Below, in pieces: positions 39,188 through 51,190 of a DNA stretch of 64,000 bases (positions are counted from its first letter, which is position 1; each line of letters starts with the position of its first letter). The stretch spans positions 9,218,835 to 9,282,834 of the forward strand of contig NC_068994.1 of assembly GCF_001194135.2 (NCBI RefSeq). The letters run 5' to 3'. The stretch is from Octopus bimaculoides. Taxonomy: Eukaryota. The notes below the pieces were generated by a model. That model did not search any database and was not told the origin of the DNA. It saw nothing but the letters and a program-made list of their open reading frames with translations. The position numbers and the translations under genes were made by a program.

Positions 39188-41373
39188 NNNNNNNNNNNNN
39201 NNNNNNNNNNNNNNNNNNNNNNNNNNNNNNNNNNNNNNNNNNNNNNATATATATGAAAATATGATGATCCATGTAAATTGAGTTTCCTTGTCTCGCTACA
39301 AGTGTTACCAATATTCTATAATATATGCAGCTGTACACATGTATATTTGACAGTATTTCCATATGTTACTGCAATTAATATTCGTTTCTAATTTTGATAC
39401 AAGACCATGTAAAATCGACTTAGACATGATAGTGCTAGAGGCCCAAAAAGAACGCTGCTAAACATTTTGCTGGATCTATTAATGATTTTGCAATCTCAAC
39501 GCCGTAAATGATACTAAACAATAATAGTAATTATCTTTATAAACTTGAAGAGAATATTCGAGAGTATTCGATTGGAATTCTGCTCGAAGCAGATTGACAC
39601 ACATTCTGATAAAGAAGTCCGTTGTCATACACAATAGGGCATGGCAATGAAAAGAATTGTAATGATGCCAATTTTATAATCAGAATCACCGAAACATTTT
39701 CTAGAGGATAGCTCTCCTCGATTGTGGAAAGTTATAAATGGATCAAAAACATGTTTAATATATCATGGAATTATGACAATTAATGTTGGCTCCGAGTGGA
39801 TTTGATCCCTGAAATTAAACGTTCGCAACTAAAAATCTTAGTGCATATTCTCCGGTGCTCTATCATTTCTTTCAATTTTATATTATCGTCTACTATTTGA
39901 GATATTCGAATATTTTCGATAATTAACTCAATTCATATACATTAGTATTTTTTTTTTTGTCAATACGAACATAACTGTTATTAATAATAATATGATCTTC
40001 GCTTTTGAAGTTTTATTTTCATTTTTGTCTTTATAGTTCAGTAAAGTGACTCTTTGCTCAAAAGCGAACGAATATTACCGATATTGTATTATGTACTTGA
40101 ACATTTAAATAACTTCGGCTGTATCTGATCAGACAACACGCAAAAGAAAAAAACATAAACGAAAACCAAAAGTATAAAATAAATGTAGTTGTTATTTGAA
40201 TAACGCACTTGGAATAATTATCTTCGATGTGTTATTAGAAAAATAAAATATGTTCAAAATAACTCAATAAAACTGTTTCCAGTATGAGACTGTGATTAGT
40301 TTAAGCGTGTATAATTGACACATAGACAAATGAAAATAGAGTTATTAGGTACCTATTCAAAGCGTAATTAATAAACATATTGTCGGAAGGGAAATGATAT
40401 TGCTTGAATACATAAGTTTCAAATGAAACATTACACCGAATTCGAAATGTATATTGAGAGTATATATGGAAAATATAACGATCTTACTATCGAAATAAAA
40501 TGCGAAAATTTATGACTTATCTCGAGATTTTTTACATATCAGTTTTAATTCCGAGAATGGATGTTCATTTCCCTATCTAAAAATAAAATCCTGAAAGTCA
40601 CACAAAATCTGTTGCCTTTTATAATGGCCGTACAGTGAGTTTGTCTCAGTCCAGCAAGATGGTAGTATTTCGGTGCAATTCTGTATAGGTTCAGGATACT
40701 TTCATTCATTACTCCGTCATAATCACCGATCCTGGAGGCGATGTGAACGGATATTGCAAGAAATTCTCCACTGAGTTCTTTACCAGTGTTATTGATTCTC
40801 ATGGGGTCGGATATATTTGCAGATTTTCAAACAAGATTTTAGAAAGTCGGACAAACATTGTGACTGGTATCAGAGCTAAACTATCTATATAAGAAAACTT
40901 TAGGTAACCCATTGTCATCCACGTGTACCACATGACTGACTCATTTCCCGTTCAGTTTGAAAAGAAATTTCTCTTTGCTGAGAATTTCATATCATTACAG
41001 AGCCTAAACCAGACACATGTATTATAGGGATAGATAATAAAATGTTAGTTTAGTCAGCATTAATGCAATGTGAATAAGAAGTGCGTATTCACTTATCAGT
41101 TATAATCCAACAAAATAATACTGCGCAAAATTCTCATAGCTGACATGAAAGGCAATCAGCTTATAAAAACGAACAGATAATAAACAGATAGCAAATTCTT
41201 CAGAATGTATTAACAAATTATAGCAAATAAAACATCGCCAAAAAAGAAACTGTGTCTCAGACAAATACAACAAAGAAAGTGCGCGCACACACACACACAC
41301 AAACATACACACACTCAAACACACATACTCGCCAACACGCACATACAGACAATCATATATTATAATATAATAC

Positions 41374-41420
<47 letters not shown>

Positions 41421-42305
41421 NNNNNNNNNNNNNNNNNNNNNNNNNNNNNNNNNNNNNNNNNNNNNNNNNNNNNNNNNNNNNNNNNNNNNNNNNNNNNNNN
41501 NNNNNNNNNNNNNNNNNNNNNNNNNNNNNNNNNNNNNNNNNNNNNNNNNNNNNNNNNNNNNNNNNNNNNNNNNNNNNNNNNNNNNNNNNNNNNNNNNNNN
41601 NNNNNNNNNNNNNNNNNNNNNNNNNNNNNNNNNNNNNNNNNNNNNNNNNNNNNNNNNNNNNNNNNNNNNNNNNNNNNNNNNNNNNNNNNNNNNNNNNNNN
41701 NNNNNNNNNNNNNNNNNNNNNNNNNNNNNNNNNNNNNNNNNNNNNNNNNNNNNNNNNNNNNNNNNNNNNNNNNNTATATATGTAATTTTCTTTTCAATAT
41801 TAAAACATCTTCAGCATCAAAATATTCGTCGCATCTGCTTTGAGAGGAAACATTCGCATGAATATTTTTTCATACGTGATATTTATAAGAAAAAAATAGC
41901 TTTCGGAAATAATGAAAAATTGATAAAAATAACTAAGAGTGTAGTCGATCTCCATGTAGATTGGAGCGTGAAGTAATTAATAGGTAACCCACAGAATATA
42001 TCTATATCGAGGTAGGGACGATAAATATCAAATATCAAGTGAAATCACTCGAACTCAACAACGGTTCTAAGATTAATTGTAGATAGTTGTGTGCGTAAAA
42101 TTTATAAAAAGTATTGGATGGAATAGATGGATATCATTAGAAATATATGTAAATGCAAATATGTACATATAAACACACGTTAAGTATATAAACTTAGACA
42201 CGCGCGTGCACATACAAACACGCGTATATATAAATGTTTATATATATATATTTAAACTTCTGAATGTGCGTCATGCACACAACACATATATCTATATATA
42301 TCTAT

Positions 42306-42339
<34 letters not shown>

Positions 42340-42389
42340 TCATACTTAAATGCATACCTACACACACATACATATATATATATACATAT

Positions 42390-42567
42390 CTCTTTTACTC
42401 TTTTACTTGTTTCAGTCTTTTGACTGTGGCCATGCTGGAGCACCGCCTTTAGTCGAGCAAATCGACCCCAGGACTTATTCTTTGGAAGCCTAGTACTTAT
42501 TCTATCGGTCTCTTTTGCCGAACCGCTAAGTTACGGGGACATAAACACACCAGCATCGGTTGTCAAG
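42390..42567 (-). mobile_element. SINE family C (tail GGCGGTGCTCCAGCATGGCCACAGTC..CTGAAACAAGTAAAAGAG)
   Basis: Has a core with GGGGTCGAT and AATAAGTAC motifs and a tandem (GTAAAAGA) tail; its 3' 39 nt match the LINE tail at 42807-42870. Confidence 0.7.
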
Positions 42568-42611
42568 ACATACAAACACATACACACATACATATATATA
42601 TATACATATAT

Positions 42612-42693
42612 ACGACAGGCTTCTTTCAGTTTCTGTCTACCAAATCCACTCACAAGGCTTTGGTCGGCCCGAGGCTATAGTAGAAGGCACTTG
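42612..42693 (-). mobile_element. SINE family A 3' half, cut off by a gap
   Basis: ACGACAGGCTTCTTTCAGTTTCTGTCTACCAAATCCACTCACAAGGCTTTGGTCGGCCCGAGGCTATAG matches the copy at 679-826. Confidence 0.75.
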
Positions 42694-42806
42694 NNNNNNN
42701 NNNNNNNNNNNNNNNNNNNNNNNNNNNNNNNNNNNNNNNNNNNNNNNNNNNNNNNNNNNNNNNNNNNNNNNNNNNNNNNNNNNNNNNNNNNNNNNNNNNN
42801 NNNNNN

Positions 42807-43074
42807 TATTTATTTATTTATTTATGGGTTTCAGCCAAGTGGCTGTGGTCATGCTGGAGCACCACCGTGACTTTCCGTCTTTATGCTGTGCTCTCTTCAC
42901 GTTCCTTGCATGGCTCTTCTCCTCCTCCTGATATAGTCCAATCAAGAGTTTTGATGGCACATCTGGTGTTTAAGAGAATTTGACATCGCTGCCCTAAACT
43001 GTGTCTCATTTCGAGTCATTGGTTCGTCTGGTATCGTGGAGAGGAAAGCGTCGAATTTTGTCTTGAAGACCTCT
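42807..43074 (-). mobile_element. 5'-truncated LINE 3' end (probably CR1/L2 group) with a (TAAA)n tail
   Basis: Translation EVFKTKFDAFLSTIPDEPMTRNETQFRAAMSNSL resembles the FKxxLDxxLxxIPDEP...RAAxSNSL C-terminus of invertebrate LINE ORF2 proteins. It ends in GGTGCTCCAGCATGACCACAGCC..CTGAAAC plus (TAAA)n. The clade assignment is from memory and tentative. Confidence 0.65.
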
Positions 43075-43674
43075 ATATCCATATATATATATATATAACA
43101 ACTTACCTACCTATCTACCTACCTACCTACCTGCATATATACATACATACATACCTATCAAGGGAATAACTGCAGGAAACTGTTTCAAAAGCTTCAGCTT
43201 CTAATCCAGATTATGAATTGAACTTATTACGAGGACTAATTATAGCATAGATGCCGACGAGCTGAGAGAATAGTTAACACGCTCTAAGTTCACATTCCGC
43301 AGAGGCCAAGTTTGTCGGTTATCATTTCGGCGTCGATAAAATGAGTACACGTTATTCATTGGGGCTGAAGACAAATTTTGAAATAAATAACTGGTGCACA
43401 TGATTAAGCCAACGTGAGAATAGGTAGGCTATTCTCACGTGAGATTAAGCTAAAGTAGCAAAGATGGGCTTTCCTCCCCACAAGAGGCACATTGGAAATA
43501 CCGACAATAAACAGAACAGTAAAACTGTAAATAGAATTTTCTCAAGTCGAGAATGTGACGTTGACGACGTCACCAATGTTCAAACGATGTAGTATTGTAT
43601 CTCTGTTATAAACCAGCTCCAAAATATAAAAGATACAAAGCAGACATACATAGACACGCATATATTTGAATATA

Positions 43675-43719
<45 letters not shown>

Positions 43720-43750
43720 ATGTATATATATATATATATATATATACATA

Positions 43751-43816
43751 CTCACGGTGGTGCACCAGCATGACCGCAGCCACTTAGCTGAAACACATAA
43801 ATAAATAAAAAAAAAT
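43751..43816 (+). mobile_element. Very short 3'-terminal copy of the same LINE tail, inverted relative to 42807-42870
   Basis: CTCACGGTGGTGCACCAGCATGACCGCAGCCACTTAGCTGAAACACATAAATAAAT closely matches the reverse complement of 42807-42870. Confidence 0.7.
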
Positions 43817-45203
43817 NNNNNNNNNNNNNNNNNNNNNNNNNNNNNNNNNNNNNNNNNNNNNNNNNNNNNNNNNNNNNNNNNNNNNNNNNNNNNNNNNNNN
43901 NNNNNNNNNNNNNNNNNNNNNNNNNNNNNNNNNNNNNNNNNNNNNNNNNNNNNNNNNNNNNNNNNNNNNNNNNNNNNNNNNNNNNNNNNNNNNNNNNNNN
44001 NNNNNNNNNNNNNNNNNNNNNNNNNNNNNNNNNNNNNNNNNNNNNNNNNNNNNNNNNNNNNNNNNNNNNNNNNNNNNNNNNNNNNNNNNNNNNNNNNNNN
44101 NNNNNNNNNNNNNNNNNNNNNNNNNNNNNNNNNNNNNNNNNNNNNNNNNNNNNNNNNNNNNNNNNNNNNNNNNNNNNNNNNNNNNNNNNNNNNNNNNNNN
44201 NNNNNNNNNNNNNNNNNNNNNNNNNNNNNNNNNNNNNNNNNNNNNNNNNNNNNNNNNNNNNNNNNNNNNNNNNNNNNNNNNNNNNNNNNNNNNNNNNNNN
44301 NNNNNNNNNNNNNNNNNNNNNNNNNNNNNNNNNNNNNNNNNNNNNNNNNNNNNNNNNNNNNNNNNNNNNNNNNNNNNNNNNNNNNNNNNNNNNNNNNNNN
44401 NNNACAGCAATTCCTCTGCATCCAGAAGCAATTTTGCTTGTAATTAAATAATATCCGAGATGTCTACAAGAATCAATTTCGTTTTCATCCTCAATAGATA
44501 AGATAGCAATTTCATTTCTTCAACTAATGTAAATGGTGATCGTTATTTTCATAAATATATACGCAGTGTTTAACAAAGAAGGAAATACAATTGAAATATT
44601 ATTCACAAAATTAACTCTGAATACTCTTATTAAAATACATTTACAGAAGAGATTAAAACAGATATTGCATATATATTATTAGATTATATCAAGAATTTAG
44701 TTTGTGAACAGTTAAGGTATATTTTAACGTTTCTCAAATTGAGTTGAATGAATCGGTTCTTGAAATGAAAGAAAATGTAATGTGAAATTTGTTTTGTTGT
44801 CACATGTTCACATATGTTTCTTTTTCTAGTGCGAGTGTCTGTGAGTGTGTAGGCATACACACATTCTCACACACACGCACGCTCACACATGTATATATAA
44901 TATATATGGCAGTGTATGTGCGTGTGTTCATACAAAAACAGACACATGTACAAACGTATATAGATATTTGTTTTTCGTTTATTTCTGTCACTGAATTGTG
45001 GTCAAGATGTGGTATGTTTTCCTGTCATATTTCTCAAACGGGACGCTCCAGGAATTTATTCTTAAGTCTAGTAAAGATAATAGCCGGTCTTATGCCGGTG
45101 ATCAGGAACTCGTTCATATGCCACTGATCGGCGCGAGGGTACAAGAAAAACACAGTGCGACAAGAATCCTCAGAATGGGCCCGTATCTGGAACTACTATG
45201 CCA

Positions 45204-45363
45204 CAGGAGTGGCTCTGTGGTAAGTAGCTTACTTACCAGCCACATGGTTCCGGGTTTAGTCCCACTGCGCGGCACCTTCGGCAAGTGTTTTCTACTATAG
45301 CCTCGGGCTGACCAAAGCCATGTGAGTGGATTTGGTAGACGGAAACTGAAAGAAGCCCGTCGT
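45204..45363 (+). mobile_element. tRNA-derived SINE family A
   Basis: Colinear with and highly similar to 24880-25049. Confidence 0.82.
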
Positions 45364-45969
45364 ATACATGTATTATTCTACTTGTTGTACTGATTATGTA
45401 CAACTATTATTTTTGATAAACTGTTTTCAAAATTCTAATTATTAATAGTTAAAAAAAAATAAATTAAGTTCAAATCCTGCATATGTAAATTTTCTTTTTC
45501 CTTCTTTCAGTGTTAAGAACAAAAAATAAAGTTTGATGGACAAATTTATTCGACAACACTTGTCATTTCCATACGGGTATAATAATGGTAGAATTAAAAG
45601 TTGTTTCTTATAATTCCCAACGAAGAAACAATGAGAGCCCTCAATTTAAGAATACCACACTAGGAAGAGGTATGAATAAATAGTTCTATTTACTGCTACT
45701 CAGATTTTGAATAATACTTGGAGCACACTGTGTACAGAAAGAAAGAAATATTCAGAAAACTTCATTTCGTTCCTCGTGTAGTTAATTCTACCATAAATCG
45801 GAAATCACTAATCATTCAGATCACAGATGCAGGAGGAATCAAGTTTGGCTTAAACCCATCTTAATTTGAATAGAACAAGTCTAAAATAGACATCGGTGGT
45901 TGTCACATTTAATGAAAACTGTTTTTCATTTAGATTGACGTTTCATATGTAATATAAAGTACATTTGAA

Positions 45970-46198
45970 GGCGGTGAGCTGGCAGAAATGTTAGTACGCC
46001 GGGCGAAATGCTTAGCGGTATTTCGTCTGCCGCTGCGTTCTGAGTTCAAATTCCGCCGAGGTCGACTTTGCGTTGCATTCTTTCGGGGTCGATTAAATAA
46101 GTACCAGGCATTTGGGTCGATATAATCGACCTAATCTGTTTGTCTGTCCTTGTTTGTCCCCTCTGTGTGCAGCCCCTTGTGGGCAATAAAGAAATAAG
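45970..46198 (+). mobile_element. SINE family B (GGCGGTGAGCTGGCAGAA head; GAGGTCGACTTTGCCTTTCATCCTTTCGGGGTCGAT core), full length
   Basis: B-box GAGTTCAAATTCC; near-identical in reverse complement to 17096-17320; many further copies in the window. Confidence 0.82.
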
Positions 46199-46398
46199 AA
46201 ACTTTAGCATGCCTGTCGAAATGTTAAGCAGTATATCGTCAGTCTTTACGTTCTAAGTTCATATTCCGCTGAGGTCGACTTTGCCTTTCATCCTTTCTGA
46301 GTCGAAAAATTAAGTACAAGTTGCGTACTGTGGTCGATGTAATCGACTGGCCCCCTCCCCAGAAATTTCGGGCCTTGTGTCTAGAGTAGAAAAGAATA
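46199..46398 (+). mobile_element. Second family B SINE with a different tail subtype, directly tandem to the previous copy
   Basis: Same core (GAGGTCGACTTTGCCTTTCATCCTTT..GTCGA), lacks the first ~15 nt of the head, and ends GGCCTTGTGTCTAGAGTAGAAAAG. Confidence 0.75.
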
Positions 46399-47369
46399 TA
46401 AAGTACTTTTAAATATTCACCTCCTTCACGTAGTTCATTCTTTAAATGCAATACATGCACATTTTAACCATACGTGAATTACTGTACTTCCTTTCTGCCT
46501 TTGGTAAAACACATTTGTGAAGTTTCCGCGCTTGTTTACTTTGTTACACATTAGAATTAGCAATTGAAATCATGCACGGCTTGTTTCGAAAAAACGCTAA
46601 GAATGTTCTCTAAAGATGATAAACGCTAACAGAAAACTTTAAAATTGGCTTCAACACTGAGCAATGATTAACGAGATCAATCCTTAACGTATTGTAATGT
46701 ATCGAGTACTCATGCTTTTTATTATAAGATTTTTCTGACACATAATTGGCAATAACTCAGTTTCGTCAAGAGTTCAACACATTATAAAAAGGTATATTTG
46801 ACACTGTTGAGAAATTAAAGATATTTACGACAAATTTTATGTTCTGTCGAAAAGGAATGAAACACGTTTCTCCTTATGTAAAAAATAAAACTGCAACCTC
46901 AAGAATATAATTATGTTAAATAAATACAAGAATATCTGCCATCTATAAAATACATCCAGCGTCCCCGAACCCAAACAAAACATAGTAACGGGAAGAGATG
47001 AATTCTGAAATTGCACTATAATCTCTAAAGTAGATTTTGCCAGAAATAACGATACTATTATTCAACAATAAATAAGGGTTTTGAAAGGTGAATTTCTTCT
47101 TTACTAATATTAGTATTGGAATTGATCTTATCCTATAAATCATAGAATTTCATTGGATATGATGGAAGCTTTACACTGATTCTTACTGTAATCTTCTGTA
47201 ATTATCGTTGGCTTCTTCGAGGTTCTGAAGTAGATAGTTTGTGATGCTCTCAGTATTTACGATTGATCGATATGATTTACATTGCATTATACATTTCACA
47301 GTTATCAAATTTACAGTATAACGTCAAACGTTGCTCTCCTCCAGAATTAATGTTAAGGCTCCGGAAGGC

Positions 47370-47560
47370 TGCGAACTGGCAGAATCCTTCGAACGTTTTG
47401 CAAAAGGTTTTCTGTTCTGAGTTCAAATGCCGCCGAATTCGTCTTGCCTATCACTCTTTCGGGGTCGATAAAAATAATCAGCAGTTGAATACTGGGGTCG
47501 TTGTAATCGATTTATCCCCGCACACAAAAATGCTGGCCTTGTGCCAAAACTTGAAACCAC
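47370..47560 (+). mobile_element. Family B SINE
   Basis: AAGGCTGCGAACTGGCAGAATC..GAGTTCAAATGCCGCCG..TTTCGGGGTCGATAAAA..GGCCTTGTGCC. Confidence 0.7.
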
Positions 47561-48167
47561 TATCAGGACACGCTGAGTAGGCGAGATTTTAATTACTACA
47601 CAGGTAAATATATGCTTGTAGGGTGCCTGATATTTAGCTGATGAATGCACAACACGTTTACAAATTCTGATAGAGAGGTGCAGTTTCTTTGAATGAATCG
47701 CGGATTGAAACAATCTTATACATCACGTTTGGTAAAAGTTTTTTCTCTAGCATCTCAGTGCTATCAGTCTCTATCATTCATTAACAATTTGTCCGAGTTA
47801 TCTAAGATATAAGAATATATTTAGGAGACGGAAACTATAAATGTGTTTGTAAATAAACCTCTCTGACATAAGCTGATATATAATTCACAGTTGACATTAT
47901 ATGCGAAATACGCCACTGGTTGAACTTCTTAATATAGTACCAGCCATAATTATTGAAATGGACGAAATGAGTGTGTGATATTCGTGCTTGATGCACTCAT
48001 TTGGATATTATGGTTGTAAAGTGACTGTATTAAGCATTTTTTTTTTGTGTGTTATAGATTCAGAAGTGATTTCTTCTCAGTTGAAGAATCAATTGTATTT
48101 AGAATAACAAATTACTCTACAACATAGTTTGCTCTTTTCTTCCAATATATAACAAACAATTTCATTA

Positions 48168-48193
48168 CTGGGCAACGCCACGTGCTTCTGCTA

Positions 48194-48194
<1 letters not shown>
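48168..48194 (+). mobile_element. Helitron-like 3' terminus (degenerate hairpin plus CTAG|T) abutting (TA)n
   Basis: CTGGGCAACGCCACGTGCTTCTGCTAG is followed by T and (AT)n, and matches the terminus at 25430-25456 at 18 of 27 positions. Confidence 0.5.
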
Positions 48195-48229
<35 letters not shown>

Positions 48230-49193
48230 NNNNNNNNNNNNNNNNNNNNNNNNNNNNNNNNNNNNNNNNNNNNNNNNNNNNNNNNNNNNNNNNNNNNNNN
48301 NNNNNNNNNNNNNNNNNNNNNNNNNNNNNNNNNNNNNNNNNNNNNNNNNNNNNNNNNNNNNNNNNNNNNNNNNNNNNNNNATATATATGTGTGTGTGTGT
48401 GTGTGTTTGTGTGTGTGTAAATACATAGGAGTATTAAATAGAATAAACTTAATCCATATATTTTGCTGATTATGTTATATACTTCTTTCACGCTGGCAAA
48501 TGAGAAAAAAAAACTCTGCGCGGATAAATATTATTTACTAATTCTGCTAGGAACCATTTTTCACCTCCGTAAACTGATTCTGACAAAATACATGAACGAT
48601 ATTCCGATCTACAACCGTTGTAACATGTTTATATATTTGAGGGTGTTATGTGATTGTGCCTTCGTGCTGATAGTTTTATGCAAGAATGTGTATAAATATG
48701 TCCTTTGCCACATTGTAATGTAGAATTTGTGTGTTATTGTCTTTGTTTGAATTCAACGTAGGTGGGTTTGAACATGGAACGAAAGTAATGGCAATGAGCT
48801 TCATAACTGCGATGACGCTGCAGCGTTTCATATCCAGAACTATTGAATTAAAACTATCATTTTATTTTCAGCTGTTTAGAAAGTATTTTTCAAAAGCCTT
48901 AGCATTTCTTTTCTTTTTTTTTCTTCTCTAATACCAGAAAAATTCAATAATACATCAGAAAAACGAATGAGAAAAAGAAATTAAATGACGTAAACACAAA
49001 AGATATGATGAAAACATAACAGAGATGATAAATAGGGAAATCCATCGACACTGAGAGTAGTAATCATTCTGTAAACAAACTATTAGCAATTTCAATATTT
49101 TTTACTGTCAAATACAAACACTCAGCCACAAAAGCAGAAACAGACGCACACGGTAAGGAAACCGCGTATATACATGTGCATATACGAGTGTAG

Positions 49194-49235
<42 letters not shown>

Positions 49236-50824
49236 TTATATATGTGTAGATATATGAAGATATATCTCCATATACATATAAATGTAAACACACATCCTAT
49301 ACATTTATATGTATATGTACATATATGTGTGTGTATATATATATATATATNNNNNNNNNNNNNNNNNNNNNNNNNNNNNNNNNNNNNNNNNNNNNNNNNN
49401 NNNNNNNNNNNNNNNNNNNNNNNNNNNNNNNNNNNNNNNNNNNNNNNNNNNNNNNNNNNNNNNNNNNNNNNNNNNNNNNNNNNNNNNNNNNNNNNNNNNN
49501 NNNNNNNNNNNNNNNNNNNNNNNNNNNNNNNNNNNNNNNNNNNNNNNNNNNNNNNNNNNNNNNNNNNNNNNNNNNNNNNNNNNNNNNNNNNNNNNNNNNN
49601 NNNNNNNNNNNNNNNNNNNNNNNNNNNNNNNNNNNNNNNNNNNNNNNNNNNNNNNNNNNNNNNNNNNNNNNNNNNNNNNNNNNNNNNNNNNNNNNNNNNN
49701 NNNNNNNNNNNNNNNNNNNNNNNNNNNNNNNNNNNNNNNNNNNNNNNNNNNNNNNNNNNNNNNNNNNNNNNNNNNNNNNNNNNNNNNNNNNNNNNNNNNN
49801 NNNNNNNNNNNNNNNNNNNNNNNNNNNNNNNNNNNNNNNNNNNNNNNNNNNNNNNNNNNNNNNNNNNNNNNNNNNNNNNNNNNNNNNNNNNNNNNNNNNN
49901 NNNNNNNNNNNNNNNNNNNNNNNNNNNNNNNNNNNNNNNNNNNNNNNNNNNNNNNNNNNNNNNNNNNNNNNNNNNNNNNNNNNNNNNNNNNNNNNNNNNN
50001 NNNNNNNNNNNNNNNNNNNNNNNNNNNNNNNNNNNNNNNNNNNNNNNNNNNNNNNNATATATATATATTTAAAATAACTGTATGTGTGCCTCTGTATATA
50101 GGCGTATATGTGTTTGGTTGATTTTATGTATATATATGTTTATATAAGCGGATATATATGAATAGATAGTTGTATATATTTATTTCTTCCGTTGCAATAT
50201 AGAAGTTCAAATACATTTCGTATCTCTAATATTGACAATAATAATAGGTATTTTAATGATAATAGTAAAACAGCATAACAAAAATACGAATAACAATATC
50301 ATGTTAATGATGATGATGATGAGGACGTGGAGAAGGAGGAGGGGGATCAAGATGATGATGATGATGAATATCCTGATGATTGTTATAGCATGAACAATAA
50401 TATCGATAGTAATGATGGTGTTGCTGATAATTATTCTTTTTTACAAAAAGAAAATGATAATAATCGCTACAAAATTAAGACAACTAAAATATCATACCGT
50501 CTATAATAACATGTGAGAAAACAGTCTTATCTCTTCAATCTCTACATCACTTGAAACAATAGTGTCCTTATCCGCGAACAAATGTAGCCAAGTCTATGGT
50601 ACACAAGAAGAATGTCATTTATTATAATTTATAGAATTACCTGTGACCCCTGATAGATGATGCCATGCATTTTCCTCCAAATATATTAGCGTCAACAAAT
50701 TGTTTTTTAAATATTTTATAACTATGGAGTTTATGAATGTTTTATATTTTTGTAATTGTTGTTTGTGTTTTAGTTCATATTCTTCTCATTGCTGTTGAAT
50801 GTATCTTTTTGCAAAAGCTACCTT

Positions 50825-51190
50825 TACATCGATCCCATTGCTCAGCCGATCTACAAAAGAAGAAAGGCAAAGTCAACCATTGTGGAATTTGAACTCAGAA
50901 CATTGACGGACGGAATACCGCCAAGTGTTTTCCCGGCGTGCTAGCCAGTCTGCCAGCTCACCGCCCTTGTATTGGCAGATTTATCGGTTTCAAATTTTGG
51001 CACAAGGCCAGCGATTTCGAGTAAGGAGAAATTCGAATACTTGGACTACAATGCTTCATGTTATCAACCCCCAAATGACGTAAGGCAAAGTCGACCTGGG
51101 TGGAATTTAAAATCAGAACTTCGAGGGACGAAATACCGCTAAGTATTTTGTCCTGCATGCAAACGATTCTGGCAGGTCACTACCTTTATA
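50825..51190 (-). mobile_element. Two tandem family B SINE copies
   Basis: The motif AAGGCAAAGTC(A/G)ACC..TGGAATTT..CAGAAC..AATACCGC(C/T)AAGT occurs twice, each followed by a head-like CTGCCAGCTCAC or CTGGCAGGTCAC. Confidence 0.7.
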
